NCBI GenBank assembly: GCA_951406725.2
Contig: OX597826.1
Location: forward strand, 32,054,001 to 32,118,000
DNA: 64,000 nt
Source: Octopus vulgaris
Lineage: Eukaryota
Reading direction: 5' to 3'
Of the stretch, positions 26,161 to 41,059 are shown piece by piece. The translations under genes and the position numbers were made by a program. The stretch's first letter is position 1. Each line of letters begins with the position of its first letter. A model generated the notes under the pieces. The model saw only the letters and a list, made by a program, of their open reading frames with translations. It had not been told where the DNA came from and did no database searches.

Positions 26161-26925
26161 GACAAAGAAGTCAGATGTAGAGAAAAGAGCGAAAGATAGA
26201 GGGATACATCAGAAAAGAAAATGTTCAATGGTTCGAAAATCTTACATTTTAGATAGGTTCACAGTTTGTTAAATCCATTGGGGGTGGGGTAGATAAAGAA
26301 TAGAATTTGGTTAAATTTGAGGTCTTGTAGTTATTTATTGGCATGGCTTCCACATGTCTGTAAGTTGGGGTATATGTATACACACACACACACACACACA
26401 CACACATGCACACATACATATAGGTATGTATGTACGTATTACACATGATATCATGGTAAAATATACTTAGAAAAAGTAAAAAATATATATTTCGTAGGCT
26501 GTTGTACCTGAACTGAATAATTCTGTAATGGTTGCAATTAACGATTGCAATTGATAATCTTTTCATTTTGGTATTTTCAACAATATTCTTCAACACAAAT
26601 GGTATATTGTTTCAACATAAAAATATTTCTTTAGTACTTTATCTTAAACATTCACTCTGAGAAGTCATATCTTGTAGCTTATTTCCTCATCTTCACAAAA
26701 GAAATTATCATCTATAGATATTCTTCTCAAATTTAGCTTATAAGATCTTTTTTCCAATTTTGTAGGTTTTTTGTTATTTCTTTTTTTTTGTTACTAAAAT
26801 GACCTTAAACAACTACTTCAAATGCTAAAAATATATCTCATTATGCTGTATGTAACAAAGAAATTATTACCATCATAATTATCTTGGTTATTATATTATT
26901 ATTACCATCACGTTTTTGTTGTTGG

Positions 26926-26971
<46 letters not shown>

Positions 26972-28599
26972 ATTATTATTTCTATTATTTTTATTATTTG
27001 ATTGTTTTCTTTTTTTTCTAAAGCAGTCATAGAAATTTTAGTGTAATAATCAAAACAGAAATGAAAGAAATCAATAAATCTATTATTTGTTCATATGAAA
27101 ATATTGGACAAAAACATACATACATATGTGTGTGTGTGTATACATATATATATATATATATATACGTTTAAATATATATACACACATATATATGATATAT
27201 ACATATGTATATGTATATATATATGTATATCTATATATATATAGATAGATAGATATGTACATATATATATATATATGAACACATATATATAAACAAAATA
27301 AATAAGTAAATAAATATATTTTAAATAAAAAAAATTTTAAGTTGATGAATGCCCCTTTATACTGGCAGGTATTTTTGAAGCAAGGAACTAGATCTAGATT
27401 GCAGGTATGCCAAATTGTCAGCTACATATTGAGATAGGAATGTGTCTTTGAATAGATCGATGAAAACCTCAGGAAATGGGTTTTTCTTTAATCAGGAACA
27501 AAATAGAAAACTTGAAATCATTTCTTAGGAAAAGAAGAAAAAATATAAAATAAAAATTCTTTTGAAGAGTAAATAGATAAGAAAGAGAGGGAGAGAGAGA
27601 GGGGGAGGATATAGAGAGAAGGAGAAGAGGAAGAGAAAGAGATAGCAAGAGAGAGAGAGAGAGAGCTAGGAGGGAATGAAATAAAGCTAATCAGCTTTTA
27701 TTAACGAACTTGAAATTCTAAAAGAATGAAAAACAAAAATAAAAAAAAAATCCACAGCTAACTGAAAGGATATCTTTATTAATTTAGTGTTGGATACACA
27801 CACACACACACACAAAATCACAAACAATCACACACATATACATTCACTCAAATGCACTTATATGCAAGTAACACGTGTGTGTGTATATGTATATATATAT
27901 GTATGTATATGATGTATAGATATATATGTATATATATATATATATGTGTGTATATATATATATATATGCATGTAAGTATGTATATATATATATATATATA
28001 TGCACTTATATATATATATATATATATATAAAGTATTCATGTGTGTTATGCATTTGTACTGAATATGGACTGAATCATGCTATTTTCGTGGTTGTTGTAC
28101 TAATGGCTACATTTAGCATATGAGTGAAGGGAGACATTTATATTTATTATGGTAATTTCTAACTTTGGTACAAGACAAGGAATTTGGTGCGAACAACAGA
28201 ACCATCGATTAAACTGATGCCAGTACTTGACTGGTACAGTATCTTACTGATGCAGGAGGGATGAAAATCAAAGTTGATTTCAGTAGGATTAGAACTCAAA
28301 ACAAACAGCAGAATATTTTTTTCCTCAATGCGCTGATGATTTTGCTAATTCACTGCCGACGTGTTAATAATTGCTTCTGATTTAAGCACAAGGCCTGCAA
28401 TTTTGAGAGGAGGAGTAAACTGTTTCTGTTTAGAGAGTGATGAGGCAAATATATGTCAGTTAGTTGTAAGGCTCTACATCAGTTATGTTCTGATAACTTA
28501 TAAATTTTAAGGGGACAATGAATCAGTAACAATATACATTATCAAACTTTATGGAATCGACGTCCCTGAGAACCCTTCTCTGGTTTTATAATACCAACT

Positions 28600-29225
28600 T
28601 ACTGCTTTAAAGTGGTCGAAATTAAAATCTTCCATTAAAATTTCATTTTAATTTATGCACTAAACATCAACTTAATAATGACAAAGCTATTTAACTAAAT
28701 TCTTCATCATTTTCAGAATTAATTGAAACAGAAGAAGCAATGTAATTCAACAGAAATATGGTAACAAAAGGGTTAAAGTGATCTAAATTAAAATCTTTCA
28801 TTAAAATTTCATGTTAATTTATGCACCAAAACACCAACTTAATAATGACAAAATTATTTCACTAAATTCTTAAATCATTTTCAAAATTAATTGAACTGAA
28901 CGTGGCCGTTGCCAGCGCCGCCCAGACTGGCCTCCGTGCTTGTAGCACGTAAAAAGCACCATCCGATCGTGGCCATTTGCCAGCCTCATCTGGCACCTGT
29001 GCCGGTGGCACGTAAAAAGCACCCAGTACACTCACGGAGTGGTTGGCGTTAGGAAGGGCATCCAGCTGTAGAAACACTGCCAGATCAGACTGGGTCTGAT
29101 GCAGCCTTCTGGCTTCCCAGACCCCAGTTGAACTGTCTAACCCATGCTAGCATGGAAAGCGGACATTAAACGATGATGAGAATTAATTGGATTTGGAATG
29201 GAAATATGGTAAGAAAAGGATTACT
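28600..29225 (-). mobile_element. Two tandem copies of a TTAA-ended (piggyBac-like) MITE; the second is interrupted by an RTE-derived element
   Basis: End gaaatatggtaacaaaagggttaa matches the reverse complement of the 58809 end; internal sequence is repeated at about 28610 and 28780. Confidence 0.7.
28894..29180 (+). mobile_element. RTE-derived non-autonomous element, nested insertion
   Basis: Homologous to 20004-20330 in the opposite orientation; gatgatg tail; flanking direct repeat aattaattg (28885-28893 and 29181-29189). Confidence 0.85.
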
Positions 29226-30362
29226 GCAAAGATGTTTTTGTGCTGAAATTAGAAGTTCTTCAAGAATATTGAAAATAGATGTTCTTCAAGAATATTTTGT
29301 CATAAATTTCACTTTGTAATTCAAATGGACAATATATATACACAAAATGCTTGTTTGTTTTATTTGCTGGGTCTGGAAGAAGGGCAGTGCCCATAGCCTT
29401 TAGAGGCCTTTATAGATTAGTGAAATTAAAGCTATTACTGTTCCCCATGAACCCTTATATGTCAACCTCTATGGGTTAGCGGAACATTGTTTGTGGTAGT
29501 GGTGGTAGTGATGGGATTCCAGAAGGACAATATTTTGGGATGGAAAGAGTTGGTTTGGGGATTAATGTGGAGCTTGGGGATAGGAGTGGACACCAAAATG
29601 GTTGTGAGAGGAGGAGAGGTGATTAAAACAGGAGTTACATTGCCCATTTTCCCACTTTAATAAAACTTGGATTTGTTACAAGACCAATTTTTCCATAGCA
29701 AGTGAATAATACATGTCTCAAATCCAGTATATTATCAGTACATATTTTTATCTTGAGCAGGGGCATCAATTGATAACAGTTCTGGCAGGATTTGAATTTA
29801 GAACATTAAACTATCAAACTAGATATATTCAGTTATTAAGCCTGGTATCACATAGTCCCAGTTATTTCCACTACCCTAGAAGTTGGGAATATTATGAAAA
29901 TCTCACTGACGTGAAATGGGAGAAATCTCAAGAAATGAATAATTGTAAGTTAACAATAATATTCCTATGGGATTCTTAACAGTTATGTAATGGTGTCCAA
30001 CCTAGATGATAATGGAAAATCGAAACCATAAATCATCTTAAAATTCTCATGCCTTACTCTTCTCTTCCAATGAGTTACAGAATTGTCTTATTGTGGAAAC
30101 TCATTAAATCCTAAACCTTTATGTTTCATGCAACTAAATTACTTCAAACTCTATATGTAAATATTATGGAAACGAGTTACATACAAACTGGGTTTATTCC
30201 AACACGCACACACAAACACATATATATAAATATATAAATAAATAAATACATAAACACACACACACATATCAATTTAAATACCCAACTGAAAGAGCTAGCA
30301 ATATTTATCTTTCACTGGGTGGAGTACTTGTTTTGTTGATTCTATCTTTATTGGATGTGTAA

Positions 30363-30409
<47 letters not shown>

Positions 30410-31320
30410 GTGTGTGAATGTGTGTATATGGTTTATACATACAAACATAAATACGTATATATGCATACATACATATATACATACATTTATATATATGTAG
30501 AACATATTGTGACAGAGAGGAAAAATAATTGCATGTTACTGAAGTTATTTAACTGTATAATCAGTTTATTTCAATTGTCAAATATAAGTCTAACAGCTAT
30601 TAAAAACCTTGACAGGGATCCAGCGATTTTGTGCATATTGCATATATTAAACATAAACTTCAGTTGGGGTATAAAAACAAACATTTGTATGAAACTGCTA
30701 TGAAGTTTAAGAATAATTTAAATATTTGTATGGAAAATGGGGAAATTAATAGTCTGAACTCAGAAATATCTTCTGCTTTATTTGAAGCAAGAATATCCAT
30801 TTTCTTACTGTAAATTCTGCAGTTATTTTTTGAATGTATAAAGCTTATTTAAGAGTAAAAAATCTCTAATGACTTCCATCCTGATAAAAAAGTAATCAGC
30901 GAAACAAATTCAAGTAATCTTTCCGAAAGACGTTTAAGGCTTCTATCCTAATTTAATTCTAGAAAGATAATTTAGTTTTATTCTCTGTTTTATTCAATAT
31001 ATCATGATTTGTTTCTCTTTGATGTTAATGTAGTTTCTTTTGTTGAATAATAGAAGGGGTTAATAATGAAAGATAAAAGTATAATATTGGCTTATGAAAT
31101 GAGTGTGAGAGAGAGAGAGAAAGAAAAAGAGAGAGAGAGGGGGGAGAAGGGTAGAAGAATTTATTTTAGTTTCACAGTTGAATAAATTCATAGTAAAAAA
31201 AATGTATTAGTTCACACACTCTTACAAGAGCTGATAAATGTTAAAGCATACATAAAACTACTCAAATATATATGCATTCATATGTAAATGTATAAATATG
31301 TATGTATATATATGTGAACA

Positions 31321-31440
<120 letters not shown>

Positions 31441-31843
31441 CATACATACACACACATATATATTATATATGTATTCAATTATATAAAGCTAAAATGAATG
31501 TTTATGAATGTGTATATTTGTATATCTTTGTATATATATATACACACATATATCTATATATATTTATATATATATGCCTATATATACGTATACATATGTA
31601 TATATATATATACCCAAACACACATAGACACACACATATATGTATATATATTTGTATGTATGTATCATGTGTGTGTGTATTGATGTGCTCATACATTTGA
31701 GGTTACAAACGTGGATGGTGGAAGTACTCAATACATATGGTAGAGTTTATTCATTTATTGAAAGTCTAAGCTTGCTATTGTCATTATTCTGAATTTCTCA
31801 TAGAGTAGGAACATGTGTTTGAGTTTGTTGATGTATGTGTGTG

Positions 31844-31890
<47 letters not shown>

Positions 31891-32213
31891 ACCCATATGC
31901 ACATGCATGTGTGCGTATGCAAAATTAATATTTTGATTGAAGCATACAAAAATAATGATTGCAAGTATTTATATACGTGTATGTATGATTGTATAATTAT
32001 GAACATATTTTGGAATAGTTATACAAATTCATCTGCACACATTCATATGTTTTTATATATACATGTATGTACATACAATAAGGTTTTAGGAATCTCATTA
32101 ATACTGGCATATCATGTGTAAAAATCACAATATATGTCATCATATTCGCATGGGTAAAATAAAAGTATCTATTTATCTTGCTATGATATTTTAGAAATAT
32201 TACTTTCATAAAA

Positions 32214-32360
32214 TATGCACATAGCCTAGTGGTTATGGGTGCTGGCCTACTGATCACAAGGGAATGTGTTCAGTTCCTAGGATGGGCTATATGCCACGTC
32301 CTTGAGCAAGGTACTTTATTTTACATTGCTCCAGTCTAGTCAGCTGAAAAATGTGTCTCA
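32214..32360 (+). mobile_element. SINE family C, 5' part
   Basis: tagcctagtggtta...gttcagttcc...ccttgagcaagg...ttacattgctccagt. Confidence 0.65.
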
Positions 32361-32514
32361 GCCTAATTCACATCTTCAATGCTCCACTGGATTAAGGGAT
32401 GGGAAAGACCGAGAGGTTGTGTATGCTTGGATGTGATTACAAAGGTACCTGAAAGAATCAGAAAAGGCATGAGACATGCTATCAGGTCATACTTGCTTGC
32501 AAGTGATGTCTATA

Positions 32515-32815
32515 TCATCATCATCACCAGCAGCAGCATCATTATCATCATCATCATCATCGTTGTCATCATCTGTTTTCTATGCTGGTATGGGCTTGAC
32601 AGTCTGACAGGAGCTGGCAAGCCAGATGGCTGTATCAGGCTTCACTTGTCTGTTTTGGCATGGTTTCTACAGCTGGATGCCCTTCTTAATGCCAACCATT
32701 TTACAGAGTTATTGGGTGCATATTACTAGGTGCCACCAGCATGGGTGCTTTCTTACATGGTGCCATCACAGGTGCTTTCTGCATGGTGCCAGCACAGGTG
32801 CCTTTTATATGGTGT
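32515..32815 (-). mobile_element. RTE-derived non-autonomous element, degenerate
   Basis: gtttctacagctggatgcccttc motif, (CAT)n tail on plus strand, and gtgcca..gcac repeats. Confidence 0.75.
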
Positions 32816-33048
32816 GAACAAAATATTTTTCAGCACATCTAGAGTAAGTACATTCCGTGAAGTCATGAAACTCCCAGGTTTAATTCCACAGCTTGGCATG
32901 TTACTTCGGTTTGCTCCAAGGATTGTGAGCAAAGATTAACTCAACAGAAACTCTTGTGGTTGGATTATAGGTGTAAATTTAAAGTACTGGCTTTGTTAAG
33001 CTATATTAGACTGATTCTGGCTAAGGGAGACACACACATTTACACTAC

Positions 33049-33240
33049 AACCACTTTCTCACCATATTTCACTTGAAACACACAACTGTTGTTTCAAACA
33101 ACTTTTTTTTAGAAATAATGAAGAATTTATCAAAATAAATTTGTAAATATTATGCTAGTGTTTGGAGCATAAATTAATAAAAAAGTTTTAATAGAAATGT
33201 TTTGATTTATATCAATTTAAAATAAGAAATTTGTATCATA
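33049..33240 (+). mobile_element. Degenerate copy of the TTAA-MITE family
   Basis: caccatattt...gaaataatgaagaattt...gctagtgtttggagcataaatt matches 58809-59038. Confidence 0.55.
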
Positions 33241-33475
33241 CTTCTATGATATGAATAGCTCAGTCACATGTATGATACAAGAGTTGTATGTAGCAAGAAA
33301 GAAATAATTGCTTAAGGTGTTCACTTGACTAAACAGCTTAAATTAACCATTGTAGAAAACTTCAAAATTTGCAAAGGATTTGTATTTACCTACACATATT
33401 AGCATGTGTGTGTGTTTGTGTATGTGTGTGATGTGGGTACATATTTGTATGTATATATGTGTAGGTATGTATCTA

Positions 33476-33605
<130 letters not shown>

Positions 33606-33667
33606 ACATATATATATATACAAATACAATATATATGAATATATATATATATATGTACATATATAAT

Positions 33668-33698
<31 letters not shown>

Positions 33699-33699
33699 A

Positions 33700-33918
33700 T
33701 ATCATCATCATCGTTTAACGTCCGCTTTCCATGCTAGCATGGGTTGGACGATTTGACTGAGGACTGGTGAACCAGATGGCAGAGTTTCTACAACTGGATG
33801 CCCTTCCTACCGTCAACCACTCCAAGAGTGTAGTAGGTGCTTTTACGTGCCCCCAGTACGAGTGCCAGTCAGGCGGTAATGGCAATGGCCATGCTCAAAT
33901 GGTGTTTTATATGTGCCA

Positions 33919-33920
<2 letters not shown>
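33700..33920 (-). mobile_element. RTE-derived non-autonomous element
   Basis: catcatcgtttaacgtccgctttccatgctagcatgggttggacg end, as at 20004. Confidence 0.85.
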
Positions 33921-33977
<57 letters not shown>

Positions 33978-36721
33978 TATGTGTATATGTATACACACAC
34001 ACACACATTTGAAAGTCTATGAGAATTATTTAATATAGTTTTGAAGTGTAAAGATGATTTTAATTTAATGTTTAAAAAATGTTATAAAATCTTTTATCAG
34101 GATGTTACTAACTTTTTGGGGGAAGAAGTTTTCTTCTAGAGTGTGAGCACTTTCATTTAACCTTTTCAAACACATGTGCTCTTAAAAAGGAAGTTGTTAT
34201 TTTTGTGGTAGTAGTAGTGTAAATTATAAGGCAACCAAAGGTTTTATGTGAGATCTACACAATTGTTCAAGTGTACCGCATGGAAATGAGATGAGTACCA
34301 ACATTTCCATGTAGTTTGCTTAAACAATTGTGAAGTTCTCTTCACATGAAAGCATTGGTTGTGTTGTCAGCCCACAAAGAAAGAATATTTATCCACCAAT
34401 GTGGTGTTGAACAGTCATTTTCACTGTTCAATATTAGCATATATATGTATATATATATATATATGCGTGGTCTTGTGGGATATAGAGGTGAAATTATCAC
34501 TGATTAAAAAAAATATTCTAAATTTCCAGGATGGAATGGCAACTACTAGTTTTCAAATCTCAAAGTATGTAAAATATTTTGGGCCATTACCTACTTGCAA
34601 AACGTTCCTGTCAGACATGAACTTTTCAAAAGCATTTGCTAAAGTCGTCAGTTGTCTGAAAGTAGTCTTTCTGGAGAGATATAATAGCTGTTTTTGGAAA
34701 AATTCTGTGCTGGCAATGGACAGGTTTTTCAACCTGATGATGGCCCAAACTATTTTTTATACTTTTGGGTTTGAAACTAAGAATGTTGCCCTTCTTCTCT
34801 AGAAATTTTATATATGTCTATATATATATAAATACATATATAAGTGTGTGTCTGTGTGTGTTTTTGTGTGTGCACTATATAAATATGTGTGCCTGTGAAG
34901 TATTTACATTCATTTGTATGAAAATATATACACATGCATACATACACACATATTATATATTATATATATTAATTGATAAATATGTATATATACGTGCTTA
35001 TATATAAATACATACATACATGTATGTATTTGAAAACTGCCATATATAACGATAAATACACACATATAGCCATATATGTGTGTTTCTGTATATAATTATT
35101 AGCATGACAGTAATGGTGTGTATATTTCAAGTGAATAATGTGTACATAAGTGTGTGCTTATGTATATTGTGTATATTGTGTTTATATGAAAAATTGGTTT
35201 TAATAGCAAAGCAATTATATTTCAATTAAATCACTAATATTCTTCAAACAAAATATATAAAAAAACAGGATCTTGCTTAATGATTTGAAAATATACTTTC
35301 CTAATAAGAAATAAATTAGATATTTATTTAATTAGGGAAATATTGTTATAATTGTATCTTCTTTACTATATTCACTCAAATCTTTTAAATTTCGCTTTTA
35401 TGTTTCTTAAAAAGAATGAATAAAGCAACAAAAAGTTGACACAGTTTTTAAAATACTTTTTTGATATTTTTTGTTTGCTAAATATAATGTAATATATCTA
35501 ACAAAGTTTAGATTCATCTTTATATTTTCATTTTAAACTGTTTAATAAGTATCTTAACATAATTTATAATTTAAATTATAATTTGGGTAAACATTGTAAA
35601 GAAGAGAGGAAAATAAATATAAGGAAACTGAAATGGTCTTATTGCTATAAGATATAATATATAAAATGATTCTTTTGACAAGAAGGTAAAATAGGTTTGG
35701 CTGATATTATAGAACCTAGATTTGAATTTAAGTCAAATTTCAACAGCATTAAAACATTATATGAAAAAAAATTAAGTTTATGTCATGGAGAAAGAATTAA
35801 AAAAATAATATAAATAGTTACGCCAAGGTAAAAGTAGCGCAAAGCAATTATTTTCAGCAAAATATGCATAAAAATTCATTTTGAATAGAAAAGAGAATTT
35901 TAGAAAGAAATATTACTTATTAAATTAATTAGATATGATAAAATAAAATAAAAAAGAACACTTGAAATTGGACAGGGGGTATATAAAAGGGGTAAAAATA
36001 TAAAAATATATTCACATGCACATATATATATGATTTCTGTTAAACTTTACTTTTGTTTTGAAAACTTTCTTATGTTTATTTTTTTTTCCGGAAATATTAA
36101 GTTCAAAGAAATTAAATTTTAAATTATCAAGAGAAAGCATTAAATTATTTGTATGATGAACGTTAGGCTTTTAGAGAACAATATCAAGAAAAATGAAACA
36201 ATAATTAGTCAATTTTTTCAAGTCAATGAAAAAGAAAAATATATTCGACAATGAATAGGTATAAAGAAAGGATCAGGTTTTTCTTTGAATTTGGCTTCAA
36301 ATTCTTCAGTGATTCTGGACAAAAAGACATTTTTTGTTTTTACTGGTAGATTTGTAGAACAGTCAAGTTATTGTCATGAAGAAATGACAATGAGTTTTTC
36401 AACTGGATAAAACTGGAGACAAATCTTCAAGTCACAGTCAACCTTTTCCCTTGTAAAAGTTTAATAAACATGTACTCTTTCAACAAGTGTTGAGTTATCC
36501 TTCAGTTTAATATTAAATTGTTTTTATATATAAGTTGGACGGTACTCCTTAATTTTCCATCACATGAGGATGGTTTATGCAGACGAGAAAATGGTAAGTT
36601 AGTGAAATTATCATAAGTGCCTTTTCTTTGCTTTTCAGCATCTTCTTTATACCTATTCATTGTAGAATTTCATTAAACATTAAATGTTATCACAGAAATA
36701 TTTACACATACATACATACAT

Positions 36722-36770
<49 letters not shown>

Positions 36771-37344
36771 CATATATATACACATATATATACACATACA
36801 TATATATATATGTATCTATATATATGTATCTATATATGTGTATATATATATGTGTGTGTGTTTGTATGTATGTATATCCATATATGTAACGAACATCAGT
36901 AAAGAGAAACAGCAAGCAGCAAATGCATCATTAGAGAAATACAGAACATGCAAGCATATACTTTAGCATCTAAAAATTTTGCAAATTGGTAAATTGGGAT
37001 AAAAATAATACAAAGATTTTTTTGTCAACAAAATAGTTTTGCTAATGTTCAGATACAAGCTGCGGTGATGATAAATATCTACAATAAGAATAAAATAGTT
37101 TTTTTTTATTTATCTCCTTGTTATTTTCTTAAAACATAAAACTGAAAATAGCCATCTAGCGAGATAATTATTTTTACAAAATTAAGCACAAAATTTTAAA
37201 ACATTCGATTTGAAATATATGTGAATGAACAGAAAAAGATAAATAAATAAGTAAATAAATAAATAATGTTCACAAATACACATGCTCACTCACTCACATA
37301 TATAAATCTGTGTACAATTATTCAAGATATATATGAAGTCACGC

Positions 37345-37401
<57 letters not shown>

Positions 37402-37628
37402 ATAATTTAAGGTGTATTCCATTAGGAATGTAGTAGAGTACAAAATAGAGCTCGTTCACCCTTAGAATTACCAAATAACTGGTAGTATTTTGGTATATGT
37501 CCATGTCTAGGTGTATATGTGTATCTATGTTGTATCGAAACGTGTAGTGTTTATTAAAGAGGTGTCTAACCGTACTCCTTCTTGTTGACTCTATTTTTTC
37601 AATTATATATATATATACACACACACAC

Positions 37629-37716
<88 letters not shown>

Positions 37717-38344
37717 ATGTATATATACACACACATTTAAATGCATTTATATGTTATATATTTCTATGTATATGCATTTTCTTTTTACTCTTTTTTGAAA
37801 AATAACTATAATTAAGATTTTTTAACTAAACAATCGACTTTATAGTTCTTTTGCCTCAGTATAATACTGGTATTATTTTGTATCAATGCTTAAAAAAAAA
37901 TAATTATGACTGATATTAAAAAATATTTGAATTGAGTGCAATATCATCTGTAGTATATTGGCTTGATATCTTAAACTAAAACATATTTTTAAAATATCAT
38001 TATATGATAGATGAAAGGTTAGGATATGGTCTTATTAAATATCCATGAATTACACGAGTTCACATTGTACCATACAAAGAAATGTAATTGTTCTATACTC
38101 TTGAGTATGAGACACAATTCTGCTTTCACTAGACTTGCAAACGGAAATTGTACAAGAATCAAAACAACTTTATAATGTTGTAAACAGAAAACATAAAGAG
38201 CAATTACTCCAATACCTTCTACTCAAAAAATAGATGCAAATATATGAATTTAAATACTTGTTCTACCCATGTCAGCTTATATCATAAACATTTATTGTAA
38301 GTGTGAGTGTGTGTGCACATGTGTGTATGTATGTATGTGTGGGT

Positions 38345-38550
38345 GTGTTGTTGTTTAAGACTGGGTCAACTCCAATCAAGCAGACTTACGGAGAAAAGCT
38401 ACCCAACTATAATCATCTCATCTTTTTATTGATATGCAGGACAATGTTGTTTACAACACCCATTCCTTGTTTAAGAATGTAAGATGTGATTTGAGGAAGA
38501 TTTAGCTGCTTTTGTTGGCAGGTCAAGCATCCATGTAGAAGCTCCACATT
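38345..38550 (-). mobile_element. SINE-like repeat with a (CAA)n tail, copy 1
   Basis: Reverse-complement similarity to 46028-46270 (gatttgagg...gatttagctgct; tcaagcagac). Confidence 0.6.
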
Positions 38551-38966
38551 AGCAAGAGTATGTGTGTGTAGAATTGTTTATAAGTGTCAGTTTTACTTAT
38601 CAAAGTTGGCACCACTTTACCTTTTCAGAACCAATGTACAACCAAAAACCTATTTAAGATATGGCCACCACATATAAGTCTAAATCAAGAGGAACAGAAC
38701 TTGAATATTCTTCTGCATTCAAGACTTGAGTTTACTGTTGTTACTGTAATTTGCTGTTTAGAAATAGATTTTCCAAATTTAAGATTCTAGGAACAATATC
38801 ATCCAATAAATGCTGGTTATTATTGAAGAATATGAATTTATCCAAAAATAAACAATACTGGCATTGAAACATGGGGCTGGGAGTGGCTGGAGTGAGAGAC
38901 AGTGCCATTTTTTCAAACAAGTCGGTTATTAACAGTCAGTAAAAAGGTTTTGTCCCGAGGGAGACT

Positions 38967-39194
38967 TTAACCCTTTCACATTTAAACTGGTCATATCTAG
39001 CCCAAATATGCTACCTGTTTTATGTTGAAACTGGTCAGATCCTGATTCTCACTCCTACCCTAGAATGTCATGCTAAAAAAGAATACCCATATCATCGAAA
39101 TCTTGAAGCTATGAAATAATGCAAAATTAATTCAAAACAATGTGAGTAAATAAGCATTATATTTGACAGAGCAATCAGAAGGCAAAAAGGTTAA
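38967..39194. mobile_element. TTAA-flanked piggyBac-like MITE
   Basis: ttaa|ccctttc ... aaaaagg|ttaa termini. Confidence 0.65.
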
Positions 39195-41059
39195 ACTGCA
39201 TCTAGAGGCCCCAGTTCTCAAGTTTAAGGAAGGGGTTACACTTTAGTCACCACTATTTCCAGGTCCATTCTGGCTTTGGGTGGTAGATAGTAATTGTAAG
39301 AGGCCCCAGTTATGGAGTTATGGGTCATATTGTAGAAGATGGATCTTAAAGGACTCAGATGAGGGTTGGTCCCTTGATATGTATCACACAAACCCAACTG
39401 AGTATGAACATGCCCTGATAACATATGAATCAGTATCCCTGCCAAAAGATTAAATAGGTCTTTGAAAGAGTGGGATCTTAGCTGATCAAATTGTTAAATT
39501 AACTGACAGTAAGCAATGGGAAACCAATGATGCATCATTCCCAAGAAAATTCCTGAATTTTCAGACTTTTGCATGCAGGTCCATAACTATAAACAGCTGT
39601 AGGCATGGCATTAAAAAAAGCGTGATAAGCCATATGAAGTGTAAAAAAAAAGTAAGTCAGCAGAGGGTTTGTCATTTCAGGTGAATACAAAATGCACAAA
39701 ATAAGGATCAAACATGAAATATCAGAAGAAATTACAGAGAAAAGAAATGCTAAATCATATTTTGGCTTCATTTAATGTCAGTTTATCATGCTAGCATGGT
39801 TTAGATGGGGAGGTTAAGTCATATTTTGGTTTAATAAAGGTTTTCCTTTGTTCATTTAACATTTGTTTCTCAAGAAAGCATGGGTAAGATGTGAAATTTA
39901 TTTGAAGCAGGATTTCATGGCTTGTCACCAATCCTTGTTTTCTAAATAAGGAATGCTTTTATTCCACAACTCTTTGAAAGAGCAGAGTGATTGGTGATTA
40001 TGTCAACAAGTAATATCAACATTATCATCATTTCACTCAAGATAAAAAGATTAATGAGCATAGATCTGACATGTAGATACTTTTGTATGCAGATTTACAA
40101 GAAAATGTCAGGGGCTTTTCACAGGCCTTAGCGAGCCATTAATTTGATTATCATATTTATATATAAGTGATGCGATTAAAATCTCCTCATTGGTAGCATA
40201 TATATCTATCACAAGTTTAATCTCTATTTCACACCCCCACATGAGAAATTGCTTTAAAAATTGATGGGTATTTGTTGGTTTACAAACCAAACAAAGGTAT
40301 GCTTTAAATGTAAGCACTTTCACTATGCACAGAAGTAAACTATACCAAGTTGTTTTAGAATTGGATCTTGTTTTAGTGTTGATTTCACATGTAAGTTGTA
40401 GAGTGTCTTGGCTGAATGCCTTATATTCTGTCAACTCAGCTACTTGCCACTCCATTTGTGTAAAATTCATTATGAATAATTTTCAGCTTTCTCATTACGT
40501 CTTTATATAACTTTACATATATCTATGGATATATTTCCTTTTTAGCCACACTCATTACTGTTGGTTGCCTCTTTCAGTCTCTACATAGTAATCTATCCAA
40601 ATATATTGCTATACTTCATCACTCCTTCCATTTCATCTCTCACTCTCTCTCTCTGTCTCTCTCTTCAACACTTCAAAAGTAACATTGACATAGAAATGAT
40701 TTACAAGGGGCAAATATTGATACTGTTCTCTATAGACAAATCCAATCAAGATTATAAACACGATCGTTTTTCCTAGCAGAAACAAAGGGAAATGATAATT
40801 CTCAATATAAAAGTAAACTGTTATATTTAGATCAATCGTTTGGTCAAATGATTATGCAACAACTTTTAAGCAACCGATATAATAAACAAGTTGACTAATC
40901 AGATTCAGAGATGGGAGGAGATAAAAAATAAAATGACAGATGGACAGATAGAGAGACAGAGAAATAGATGGAGCAGCAAATGGTTTGATTGGAAAATAGC
41001 TGAAGGATTATTTAAACAGACAGACATACTGATTGACCAACACGCAGTGTATAGAGGAT

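Noticed and set aside
35975-36600. TATA-like ggggtatataaaaggggg and a possible 59-nt plus-strand exon ending atg|gtaagt near 36594
   Set aside because: Expected by chance in AT-rich DNA; no supporting ORF or further exons.
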